A stretch of DNA of 32,000 bases. Origin: Idiomarina loihiensis L2TR (GTDB lineage: Bacteria > Pseudomonadota > Gammaproteobacteria > Enterobacterales > Alteromonadaceae). Under the pieces are notes generated by a model. The model saw only the letters and a program-made list of their open reading frames with translations. It had not been told where the DNA came from and made no database searches. A program made the position numbers and the translations under genes. This document shows positions 1 through 8,134 of the stretch, one piece after another. How positions within the stretch are numbered: position 1 is the first letter of the stretch; each line of letters begins with the position of its first letter. The DNA lies in NCBI RefSeq assembly GCF_000008465.1, contig NC_006512.1:2790001-2822000 (forward strand), in the 5' to 3' direction.

Positions 1-1443
1 GAAAAAGACTTTGGCAACTTTTCATTCAATACCGCCGTTTATTATCACAGAATGAAAGGCCGTGGTGACTGGATCCCTCCCTACATTACCGATGTCGATG
101 GAGATGGAAACCTGGATAACGAACGCTCCGGTAACACAATTTATGGCGATTACGAGGGTGACGATATCTTTTTCGTTAACGCCGGTACAAATGTACCAGG
201 TACATTGATTGACTCTTGCACTGGTCGATATGGTTTAGACGCTGAAAAAGATCCCAATTGTTATGATGGCAATGTCGAAGGGGTTGGCTCATATCGTACG
301 TCAAATTATGCCAATCATCGTTATGGCATAACGGGGGATGTTTCCTACGACTTTGAAACTGGCAACATACAACATACCTTACGCAGCGGGTTTTGGTATG
401 AAAACTACGATGCCGATGTAACGCGCTCATGGCATTTAGTTGAGAACTCGGCAATTAGCCCGGAATTCAATGAAACCCCTTACTGGATTCAATATAAAAC
501 CGAAGCAAACACTAAAGAACTCATGTACTACGCTCAGGAAAAAGCGGTTTTAGGCCCGCTGAGCGCAAGTCTCGGCGTAAAACAATATCAGGTCGATACT
601 ACGGTTGATCACTTCTATAACGATGACAGAACGGGTCAATTAGACTCCACTTCAGATCCGTTACTCTACGCAGGGTTAACCTATACAACACCGGTTAATG
701 GTTTAGAGTTATTTGCCGGCTACTCTGAAAACTATAAATCCATTGTTCCTGGTATCATTGATTCCGGTTTATCTAATTCAGAACTGGGTGGCATTGATCC
801 TGAAACGGCGGAGAACATTGAGTTAGGCTTCCGTTATATCAACAATGGCTTTAACGCAGCGGTTACCTTATACGACATTAAATTCGATAACCGAATTGTA
901 CAATTGGATACTAGTGTATTGGATGGTATCGATTACAAAGAAGAAGTCGACGGCAGCTATGTGAACGTTGGTGGTCAGAAGAGTCGCGGCGCTGAACTGC
1001 TCACCTCATATCAAGTTACCAGCGGCCTGAGAGTTTCTGGGTCTTATACCTATAATGATGCTGAGTACCTTAGTACAGGTGATACCGGTCTTGACCAAGA
1101 CGCAGAAATTCGGGCTGGGAACCAAGTATACGGCGGACCAAAAACTTTCTTCACCATCGCAGCTGATTATGTCGGTAGCAACATAACGAGTGGAATCTCT
1201 CTGCGCCATATTGGGGATAGATTTATCAACTTTGAGAACTCAGCCACCGCGCCTGGGTATGAAGTGGTAGATGCCTACATTGGTACTGATATTCAGGGTG
1301 TTTCCTCCAGCATATCGGCTCTTCGCCTGCGTTTGAATGTGAATAACCTGCTCGACGATGAGTATATATCGGCTGTTGGCAGTAACAGTGTTTATCCCGG
1401 TTCACCAAGAACGGTGACTTTCTCTGTTAGTGCTGATTTTTAA
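1..1443 (+). CDS. TonB-dependent outer-membrane receptor, C-terminal beta-barrel part (5' end lies outside the window)
   Basis: The frame is open from nt 1: EKDFGNFSFNTAVYYH precedes the first Met at 52. The sequence shows an alternating beta-strand pattern rich in Y/G/N/D. The C-terminus ...RTVTFSVSADF ends in an aromatic residue, as in TonB-dependent receptors. Confidence 0.8.
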   Translation, partial: EKDFGNFSFNTAVYYHRMKGRGDWIPPYITDVDGDGNLDNERSGNTIYGDYEGDDIFFVNAGTNVPGTLIDSCTGRYGLDAEKDPNCYDGNVEGVGSYRTSNYANHRYGITGDVSYDFETGNIQHTLRSGFWYENYDADVTRSWHLVENSAISPEFNETPYWIQYKTEANTKELMYYAQEKAVLGPLSASLGVKQYQVDTTVDHFYNDDRTGQLDSTSDPLLYAGLTYTTPVNGLELFAGYSENYKSIVPGIIDSGLSNSELGGIDPETAENIELGFRYINNGFNAAVTLYDIKFDNRIVQLDTSVLDGIDYKEEVDGSYVNVGGQKSRGAELLTSYQVTSGLRVSGSYTYNDAEYLSTGDTGLDQDAEIRAGNQVYGGPKTFFTIAADYVGSNITSGISLRHIGDRFINFENSATAPGYEVVDAYIGTDIQGVSSSISALRLRLNVNNLLDDEYISAVGSNSVYPGSPRTVTFSVSADF

Positions 1444-1458
1444 CCAGATGTTAGGTAA

Positions 1459-1488
1459 GAGGCATTAGATTTCGAAATCTAATGCCTC
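1459..1488 (+). terminator. Perfect 14-bp-stem hairpin after the receptor gene
   Basis: gaggcattagattt / aaatctaatgcctc pair perfectly around a 2-nt centre. Only a short T run (tt) follows, so it is a weak intrinsic terminator or an RNA-stability hairpin. Confidence 0.55.
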
Positions 1489-1505
1489 TTCAAGGAGTTA
1501 CTTCT

Positions 1506-3545
1506 ATGGTCGATATTAGTCGCCGTCGGTTTCTTTTAGGGGCAGGAGCTGCCAGCGTAATGGCTTCTTTTCCCGCAATATCAAGAGCTTTGGCTATTCC
1601 TGCTGCGGTACGTACTGGCACGATAAAAGATATTGAGCACGTGGTTATTCTGATGCAGGAAAATCGGTCTTTTGATCATTACTTCGGTACCTTGTCAGGA
1701 GCACGAGGTTTTTCCGACCCTTATCCTGCACCAGCTAAATCGTTTGACCAAATCAAAGACCGTACGATATTCACGCAATTAAACCAAACTGAAATAGGCC
1801 CTAAATTTGTCACCCCATTTGCGTTAAATACACGCCAAACATTCGAACATATGCGTGTAGAAGGCACGCCTCATTCCTGGCCAGATGCGCAAGCGGCTTG
1901 GGATAACGGGCACATGGATCGTTGGCCAGAAGCAAAAAATCTGCACTCAATGGGTTACTTTGAGCGCGCGGATATGCCATTTCAGTACGCCTTAGCCGAT
2001 GCCTTTACACTATGCGATGCTTACCATTGTTCTATGCATGCGGGAACCAACTCCAACCGTTTGTTCCTCTGGTCCGGAACCAACGACGGGCAGGCCCAAT
2101 TTGGTGGGCCGAGTATTGGTAACTCACATGACCGTTTACCTGAAGATGGTGGTGCAGCCATTCCATACACCTGGACAACCTACGTGGAAAGGTTGCAGGA
2201 AGCAGGTGTAAATTGGCGTATTTATCAGGATATGTCGGATAATTTTACGGACAATCCGCTTGTCGGGTTTGCTGCGTTTCAAAACTCAGTAGCAGGTAAG
2301 CCAGGTTCAAATCCAGAGCTCGCAAAACGAGGGTTAACGACTCAGGCTTTAGACCAGCTGCGAGAAGATATTATGGAAAATAAGTTGCCTTCTGTATCTT
2401 ATATTATAGCAACAGCGGAAGGTTCCGAGCATCCTGGACCATCTAGCCCGGCACAAGGGGCTGCATATACCTCAGAGGTATTAGACGCTCTAACGGCGAA
2501 TCCTGAGGTTTGGGCAAAAACAGCATTGTTTATCATGTTTGATGAAAACGACGGATTTTTCGATCACGTACCGCCACCAGCACCGCCTTCAGAAGATCCA
2601 GCATCACCCGGCGGATATGCAGGCCATTCTCAGGTGTCTACCCGAGGGGAGTATCATACTCATCGATCCGAAGCGGATGAGTCGTTGGAAGTACAAGACT
2701 ACATGGGAAGACCCTACGGATTGGGACCACGCGTTCCAGCCTACGTAATTTCTCCCTGGAGTCGGGGCGGCTACATTAACTCGGAAGTTCTCGATCATAC
2801 TTCGGTTATTCGTTTTCTGGAACAACGTTTCGGTGTTTTAGAACCCAACATTAGCCCCTGGCGACGGGCTGTTTGTGGTGATTTCACAAATGCTTTTGAC
2901 TTCGTAAATCCAAACAGGGACTTGCCGTTAGCTTTTCCTGACCCCACAGCTGACGCAAAAAGGGCAGCGGCACTGCCAAAAAGAACAACGCCTAAACTTC
3001 CGATTCAACAGTCGATGCCTGCCCAGGAACCGGGTATGCGTCCACACCGGCCTAGCCTCTATAAGCTGGATTTAGAGTGGGATGAGCTGCCGGAAACCAA
3101 TACATTGAAGCTGACCTTCATTAATAAAGGCAAGCACGCTGCTGTATTCCATGTTTACAACCGACTGAATCTGGACTCAATTCCGCACCGATATACTATC
3201 GAAGCCAAAAATAAAACGAGCAGAGAGTGGACGCTAATTGAAGATGCTTATGACTTGCAAGTCATGGGGCCAGAAGGTTTTCATCGTCGCTTAGCAGGAA
3301 AACATTCTGAAATACAACCCGGAAGAGATATTAGCTTTATCAGTGACGGCAAGTACTGCGGCCTATTGGCTCGTAGTGACGGCTTTACCTACTATCTTGG
3401 ACAAGACGTTGATACGAAAAAAAGGCTGCCTCAAGGACAGGTCGTTCATATACCGACGGACAGTAATCAACGCTACGATGTCTCAGTGACGAGCACCTCA
3501 TCTGATTCTTTTCTTAGACAATTTGCCGGCCGCCTGAATCGTTAA
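1506..3545 (+). CDS. Phospholipase C / phosphoesterase family protein (PlcN/AcpA-type), Tat-exported
   Basis: Twin-arginine signal SRRRFLLGAGAAS. Phosphoesterase hallmark HVVILMQENRSFDHYFGTL. FIMFDENDGFFDHVPPP motif. Long C-terminal region as in non-haemolytic PLCs. I place the start at ATG 1506, 9 nt after AAGGAG (1492-1497). The track start at 1482 lies inside the upstream hairpin. Confidence 0.85.
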   Translation: MVDISRRRFLLGAGAASVMASFPAISRALAIPAAVRTGTIKDIEHVVILMQENRSFDHYFGTLSGARGFSDPYPAPAKSFDQIKDRTIFTQLNQTEIGPKFVTPFALNTRQTFEHMRVEGTPHSWPDAQAAWDNGHMDRWPEAKNLHSMGYFERADMPFQYALADAFTLCDAYHCSMHAGTNSNRLFLWSGTNDGQAQFGGPSIGNSHDRLPEDGGAAIPYTWTTYVERLQEAGVNWRIYQDMSDNFTDNPLVGFAAFQNSVAGKPGSNPELAKRGLTTQALDQLREDIMENKLPSVSYIIATAEGSEHPGPSSPAQGAAYTSEVLDALTANPEVWAKTALFIMFDENDGFFDHVPPPAPPSEDPASPGGYAGHSQVSTRGEYHTHRSEADESLEVQDYMGRPYGLGPRVPAYVISPWSRGGYINSEVLDHTSVIRFLEQRFGVLEPNISPWRRAVCGDFTNAFDFVNPNRDLPLAFPDPTADAKRAAALPKRTTPKLPIQQSMPAQEPGMRPHRPSLYKLDLEWDELPETNTLKLTFINKGKHAAVFHVYNRLNLDSIPHRYTIEAKNKTSREWTLIEDAYDLQVMGPEGFHRRLAGKHSEIQPGRDISFISDGKYCGLLARSDGFTYYLGQDVDTKKRLPQGQVVHIPTDSNQRYDVSVTSTSSDSFLRQFAGRLNR

Positions 3546-3571
3546 GGTGTACTTAAGGACGTACTTTAATA

Positions 3572-4240
3572 ATGACAAAACCAAAGCTTACTGTATTTGA
3601 CCTTGATGGCACCCTGGTTGATTCAGATAGTGCGCAGGACTGGATGTACTTTTTACGAAAAAACTCTTGGCCTTACAGCAAAGAAGCGACTGAGATTTGC
3701 AGCGAAATCATGCAGGATTACAGTAGCGGACGAATGAATATGAAGGATTATATGCAGGCATGGGTTTTACCCATAAAAGGTAAACGGGTTACTGAAATCA
3801 GAACTCTGGCTGCCGAATTTGCTGAACACTATATTAAGCCTCGCATTTATACAGAAGGTATGCGTAAAGTCAGGGAGCATCAGAAAGCAGGAGACATTCT
3901 TCTGGTTATTTCTGCCAGCCCCACCATTATAGTAGAGCCCATTGCTGCTCTTTTTGGTATTCAGTATGTTATTGGAATCGATATTGAGGTCTCTAGCAAT
4001 AAGTTCACACAAAACCTAATAGAGCCATTTAGCTTTGGAGAAGGAAAAGTTGCTCTTTTAAAGCAGTGGCAAAAACAGCACGACTTAGAAGACTTACCGT
4101 TAGGCTGCATATATAGTGACTCAATTAACGACGTACCATTACTGGATTACGCGCTTAACAGCCATGTTATAAATGGTAACGAACAAATGCGCTCAATTGC
4201 GAAAGAAAACGACTGGCATACTCACGAGTGGAGCATATAA
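3572..4240 (+). CDS. HAD-superfamily hydrolase, subfamily IB (SerB-like phosphatase family)
   Basis: HAD motif I FDLDGTLVDS, motif II VISASP, and motif III/IV GEGK ... YSDSINDVPLL. Confidence 0.8.
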   Translation: MTKPKLTVFDLDGTLVDSDSAQDWMYFLRKNSWPYSKEATEICSEIMQDYSSGRMNMKDYMQAWVLPIKGKRVTEIRTLAAEFAEHYIKPRIYTEGMRKVREHQKAGDILLVISASPTIIVEPIAALFGIQYVIGIDIEVSSNKFTQNLIEPFSFGEGKVALLKQWQKQHDLEDLPLGCIYSDSINDVPLLDYALNSHVINGNEQMRSIAKENDWHTHEWSI

Positions 4241-4243
4241 GCT

Positions 4244-4286
4244 CAAAGGTCAGTTCGTTTTCTTGTTTTAATGAAACTGACCTTTG
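4244..4286. terminator. Bidirectional hairpin between convergent genes
   Basis: caaaggtcagtt (4244-4255) pairs with aactgacctttg (4275-4286). The flanks are T-rich on one side and A-rich on the other. It sits between the 3' ends of the HAD gene and the GH114-like gene. Confidence 0.6.
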
Positions 4287-4296
4287 CTTTAAAATT

Positions 4297-5208
4297 CTAT
4301 TCGCTGCAGCTCAGAACATTTTCCCCATCCAGGTTAAAACCCTCTTTCCATAAAGCGGATATTCCAACGTCAAGGAAGTAAGAGCAGGCATTACTTTCAA
4401 ACTCCTGCTGGCTGATTTCACCCTCTGAGCCGTCTTCATAATATTCCTGCACAAACACCGCTTTGTTATTTTTCAGGAAAGTGTCCTCGTAACTCACGCA
4501 TTCATTTCCGTAGGCATAACACTGTTCGTTTACGGCAAAATCAAAGTCATTAACCAGTTCATTCAGTTGGTCTACATCATTCTTTAAACCAATGCTTAAC
4601 CCTCGCGAGTGTGCGGCATTGGCTAACCATTTATTGTAATTTAGCTGATCATCGTAAGTGATAATGCCTTTTGTCTCGTCAGTGTTTATATAGCCGTCGA
4701 CATTGTCGGGTTCAACCGCATCACAACCTGCAGATTGAGCTAAGTCCAGACGCGCTTCCATAATGGGTTTGATGTTTTCATTCAGGACAGCCTCATTGTT
4801 TATGTCCAGCCATACTTCACCCGGCCAGTCCGCCATTTCACCGTTGGCAATAACCGCGTCTTCCGAAAATTCAGTCGCATCGGGCCGCCAGTCTTCACGG
4901 GTTCCGGCACTAAAATAACAAATAACCCGTTTACCGTTGTCCTTTAATGAACTGATAATACTGTCGTCACCACCCTCGGCACCTTCAAATAAGTCGATAT
5001 CGAACGCCTCGGCGTCCTTGCTTATATCCAGGTTATCGTAGTTCTCCAGCTGCCAATGCCAGCTTGTTCCTGGCTTGGGTTGCCATATGCCGGATTCTTG
5101 GTGATCCGAGCTTTCTGAAGACGAATCAGAGTTACAAGCGGTTAGTTGCGAGCAGGCTAAAACCAATAAACTTGCAGCAAAACAGTTTCGGTAAAACATT
5201 GGTGTCAT
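4297..5208 (-). CDS. Glycoside hydrolase family 114-like (endo-alpha-1,4-polygalactosaminidase-like) lipoprotein
   Basis: Lipobox LTAC after a hydrophobic N-terminus. Motifs WHWQL, DIDLF, VICYFSAGTREDWRPD, WLDI and CDAVEPDNVDGY match my recollection of the GH114 TIM-barrel family. Confidence 0.7.
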   Translation of the reverse strand: MTPMFYRNCFAASLLVLACSQLTACNSDSSSESSDHQESGIWQPKPGTSWHWQLENYDNLDISKDAEAFDIDLFEGAEGGDDSIISSLKDNGKRVICYFSAGTREDWRPDATEFSEDAVIANGEMADWPGEVWLDINNEAVLNENIKPIMEARLDLAQSAGCDAVEPDNVDGYINTDETKGIITYDDQLNYNKWLANAAHSRGLSIGLKNDVDQLNELVNDFDFAVNEQCYAYGNECVSYEDTFLKNNKAVFVQEYYEDGSEGEISQQEFESNACSYFLDVGISALWKEGFNLDGENVLSCSE

Positions 5209-5399
5209 TCCTTAGGTGATCCTTTAGAGATTATCGAGCTTTGCCGGATGGGCGGCAACCTTATTTGAATAACCGACCCTAGAAACTAAGTTTAGGTTCG
5301 CGAACCCGCTATCTGGATATTATTTTAAAGGTTAATTAATATACTGGGTGAAAAGTTGATTCAGACACAACGGAATGAGAAGTTTCAGAAGGAGACGCT

Positions 5400-5951
5400 A
5401 TGTTAACCAAAGCTTTTTTTGCCCCTTTTTTAACAGCTAGCTTGCTGCTGATATCGGTATCGACGACAGCACAGTCAGTTTCGCAGAAAACCGATATGCT
5501 CCCCAATAAATCGAATACACCCGCTTGTAAGCTTCTGACAGAAAAAGACGTTCTGGATCATATTCCCACCAGCGAAGGCGTTCATATAGCAGAAGAAAGA
5601 GCTGAGCAAGGTTATTCAACCTGCGTTTGGGTACGAAATGATCTGGATCCTGACTTGGCCACCAAAGAGCCATTTCAGTTGACTGTATCCTGGGACTACC
5701 ACGACCATGAAAGTGACAACATGGGAGGCTATGTATTAACCCAAGCTCGTCGATTAGGTGAGCCAGTCTTAGGCATTGGCGATGAAGCACACTGGATGCA
5801 AGGCGCAATGCCAACACTGGCGGTCTGGTATAAAGAACAAAGCGTGGCTATACAGCTTTTAGGAGGAGAGCCTCAGCGAAAAGGTAGCAAAATTTTAGCC
5901 AGCAAAGCATTACGTCGGATAAAAGCCGGTAATATTGCTCAAACGAATTAG
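5400..5951 (+). CDS. Secreted hypothetical protein
   Basis: GGAG-containing RBS upstream. Signal peptide ending TTAQS. No recognisable domain. Confidence 0.6.
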   Translation: MLTKAFFAPFLTASLLLISVSTTAQSVSQKTDMLPNKSNTPACKLLTEKDVLDHIPTSEGVHIAEERAEQGYSTCVWVRNDLDPDLATKEPFQLTVSWDYHDHESDNMGGYVLTQARRLGEPVLGIGDEAHWMQGAMPTLAVWYKEQSVAIQLLGGEPQRKGSKILASKALRRIKAGNIAQTN

Positions 5952-6062
5952 AGCTGTTAATCCCCAGGCGTTGACTCGTTGTCACTGCTTCAATAAAGTT
6001 ATTATCACTAAGGTAAGGAAGTAAAAACCTTTAAGTTTATCTTAAACACAGGAATATGACTG

Positions 6063-6533
6063 ATGAAATCAACAGGAATAATGTTTGCAGCCGCCCTTAC
6101 TTTAAGTCTCTCCGCTAATGCACAAACACCACCTGAACAGTCGATGGATAAGCCATGGGAATCTTTGTATGAAAACCCAGGTAAAACACCTTATGACAAC
6201 GACCAGTCTGAGCATGGCAAGCTGCTGCAGGCCCGTTGGAAAAGTTGCTCTGGTATGGTTTTAAAAACCAATATGGTCGCCAAAACAGTGGCTGATCTTA
6301 AAGATAACCCGGACGACTACTACGTAACCGAAGAGCAGAACCGCAAACAACTGGAACGCTTTTTTCCTACAGATACCGGTACCTACCAGGACACCATTAA
6401 CGAAAGAATATTAGCCTTAGGCTATGAACACTGGAAAATGGGCCGAGGCAAAGCCGACAGCTCACCGGAGCTGTCTCAATTAGTATGGGACTGGTGTACT
6501 AGTCAGACAGCGGATAATTTTAAAGGACTGTGA
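6063..6533 (+). CDS. Secreted hypothetical protein
   Basis: Signal peptide MFAAALTLSLSANA-Q. No recognisable domain. Confidence 0.6.
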   Translation: MKSTGIMFAAALTLSLSANAQTPPEQSMDKPWESLYENPGKTPYDNDQSEHGKLLQARWKSCSGMVLKTNMVAKTVADLKDNPDDYYVTEEQNRKQLERFFPTDTGTYQDTINERILALGYEHWKMGRGKADSSPELSQLVWDWCTSQTADNFKGL

Positions 6534-6593
6534 GTTTCTCGTTGAAAAACAAGCGACTTAATTTATTCTGCAAGCGATTAAAAAAAGGAAAAA

Positions 6594-6640
6594 TGTTAAC
6601 CAAACTGTTGCCGACGATAAACTGTTATGTAACTGTAAGC
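6594..6640 (+). repeat. Candidate outermost Tn7-family left-end sequence (degenerate)
   Basis: TGTTGCCGACGATAAACTGTTA at 6606-6627 aligns position by position with my recollection of the Tn7 terminus TGTGGGCGGACAATAAAGTCTTA (one gap). AAACTGTT recurs at 6602 and 6619, and TAACTGTA occurs at 6630. An alternative TGT at 6594 is preceded by AAAAA (6589-6593). GC content drops from about here onward. Confidence 0.25.
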
Positions 6641-6675
6641 TTTTCATCCAGCGAAAAACAGAAATATGAAAGTCT

Positions 6676-6954
6676 ATGAACTGCCACAATTGTCATAAAG
6701 ACTTAGCAAAGCCTAACTGGTTCTCTTTTTCATCAAAAACAATAAATTGCCCTTATTGTGGAAAGGAAAATTACGCAAGATTTTCTTTATTTCGCTTCCT
6801 AACCTCAATGGTTATTTCATTTATACTGCTAACTATTGTTTCTCAGTTATTTTTGAACGACAAAGGTCTACTAGAAATAATTCCTATTTTACTTGTGGGT
6901 CCGCTTAGTTTTTATTTTGCTTGGAAATACAAACCTAAAAATATAACGAAATAA
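6676..6954 (+). CDS. Small membrane protein with N-terminal zinc-ribbon
   Basis: CxxC...CxxC (CHNCHK ... CPYCGK) followed by two hydrophobic helices. AT-rich codon usage. Confidence 0.5.
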   Translation: MNCHNCHKDLAKPNWFSFSSKTINCPYCGKENYARFSLFRFLTSMVISFILLTIVSQLFLNDKGLLEIIPILLVGPLSFYFAWKYKPKNITK

Positions 6955-6969
6955 AACTGGGGATTTTCC

Positions 6970-7425
6970 ATGCGACACTTTAAATACAATCATTTTTGGT
7001 TTATTCCAAATATAATATTACAGCTTTTAGTTCTATTTTATGTAAATTCTAGTAAAAAAGAGGAAATTATCAGCTTTTATTTGGGTAATGGCGGTGACAA
7101 CTCAGCGGCGTTTGTAGCCATGCTATTGCCAATTATGCTTTTTAGTACATTCATATACATGCCTTATAGGATCATCACTGACCCGACGAAAAAGTATCGC
7201 TTTGACGACGACTATCTTTATATTGACTCAAAAAGTCATACCGAGCAGATTAAGCTAGGGGCAATCAATGATGTTTTAGTTAAACCCAAATGGATGCGCC
7301 TTTTAGCTACCCCTTATATAATACTTCATGCAAAAGGGAAGGAAATCAAAATTCCATCTGGATTTAAGCTGAGCAATGAAGACTATGTGTACTTTAAGAG
7401 TAAAGTTGTCGTTAAGGAGCAGTAG
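6970..7425 (+). CDS. Membrane protein, possibly with a bacterial PH (DUF304/YdbS-like) domain
   Basis: Two N-terminal TM helices, then KYRFDDDYLYIDSKS...IKLGAINDVLVKPKWMRLL...YIILHAKGKE. This pattern is reminiscent of membrane-flanked bPH domains. It lies 15 nt after the previous ORF. Confidence 0.4.
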   Translation: MRHFKYNHFWFIPNIILQLLVLFYVNSSKKEEIISFYLGNGGDNSAAFVAMLLPIMLFSTFIYMPYRIITDPTKKYRFDDDYLYIDSKSHTEQIKLGAINDVLVKPKWMRLLATPYIILHAKGKEIKIPSGFKLSNEDYVYFKSKVVVKEQ

Positions 7426-7455
7426 CTTAAATAATAGGCTTAATCTGTCACGGTT

Positions 7456-7480
7456 TTAACAACTTTAATGCACGCCGACG
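7456..7480 (-). repeat. Solitary relic of a Tn7-family terminal TnsB-site (same family as 10261-10435)
   Basis: ttaacaactttaatgcacgccgacg differs at 3 of 25 positions from the terminal 25 bp of the 64-bp modules (ttaagaactttaatgtacgccgaca). The terminal ACA is mutated to ACG. Confidence 0.55.
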
Positions 7481-7946
7481 TTTCCACTCATCTTTCTGAA
7501 TGGTTTTCTAACACCAAACGTAATAGCCCGGGATGCACAGAGCACCCTTAAGTCATAAAGTGATTCGAGCAACTCAAGGTCATGAGCCCTGTCAATGGCC
7601 TTACACAGCTCAATAATATTGAGTCCGGGGACATTATTGGCAGGATCAAACAAGTTATTTTCCCGGGCGATATCTCGCGTATCATCACGAATTAGAGGAA
7701 ATTGTTCACGTATGTCAGTAACGGAAGGGTTGTTATCAAGCAGAAGGAAAGCAGCAAATTCGAGATCGGAAAGTAAGTGATGGATGCGCTTGGTGCGGTG
7801 AGAGTAACCTGTAGGGATCGCCCTAAAGATAGAACTTCATCGACCCGCACCCAAGGGCTGTAGTCCGCGCCGGAACCAGATCCGCGTCCTTCCTTTATTC
7901 TTTTCGCAATCTGCCCCTCGCCCAGAGAGTATTTTGATTTTGCCAT
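7465..7946 (-). pseudogene. tnsA: tnsA pseudogene (frameshifted and 3'-truncated)
   Basis: The N-terminal frame reads MAKSKYSLGEGQIAKRIKEGRGSGSGADYSPWVRVDEVLSLGRS. This parallels intact TnsA at 24957 (WIKEGRGSGQNEEYRPWLTVRDLPSLGR). After a 1-nt indel near 7810-7820, a second frame reads GYSHRTKRIHHLLSDLEFAAFLLLDNNPSVTDIREQFPL, parallel to FGHKSRRTHHLLSDLELSVFLLLEWLPDVTQVREQFPL. Similarity is lost near 7610, and the frame runs into the end relic. Confidence 0.8.
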
Positions 7947-8134
7947 GTCATCAACTCGATCTGCTTTGTTTCAGCATAAACGACTTGCATTTTTTACAAA
8001 ACTAGTGCCCGTTTATTTCTAACCTATTACTATGGAAAAATAATAGGTTACCGAAAATTCTTTACATCTTCATCTTACAAAACTATGTTGTTATTTGTTT
8101 GTTATAAAACTATAAAAATAATAAAGAGGAAGAG

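Noticed and set aside
1482-1505. Track start codon (ATG 1482) for the phospholipase C ORF.
   Set aside because: This ATG lies inside the 3' arm of a perfect 14-bp hairpin and has no SD. ATG 1506 has AAGGAG upstream and gives a canonical Tat signal.
5980-6000. TGTCACTGCTTCAATAAAGTT, which resembles a Tn7-type terminus plus an AATAAAG core.
   Set aside because: It is a single occurrence with no further sites inward, no matching partner end and no flanking A-run. It lies in host-like GC sequence upstream of an ordinary secreted-protein gene.
7995-8112. TACAAAACTA at 7995 and 8076 and TATAAAACTA at 8103, upstream of the dead tnsA, considered as TnsB sites or a third end family.
   Set aside because: The cores are only 10 bp, in a very AT-rich spacer. 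Spacing is irregular (81 and 27 bp). There is no TGT terminus at the expected distance. The orientation is inconsistent with the adjacent tnsA. I cannot distinguish it from chance or from promoter elements of the M23 gene.
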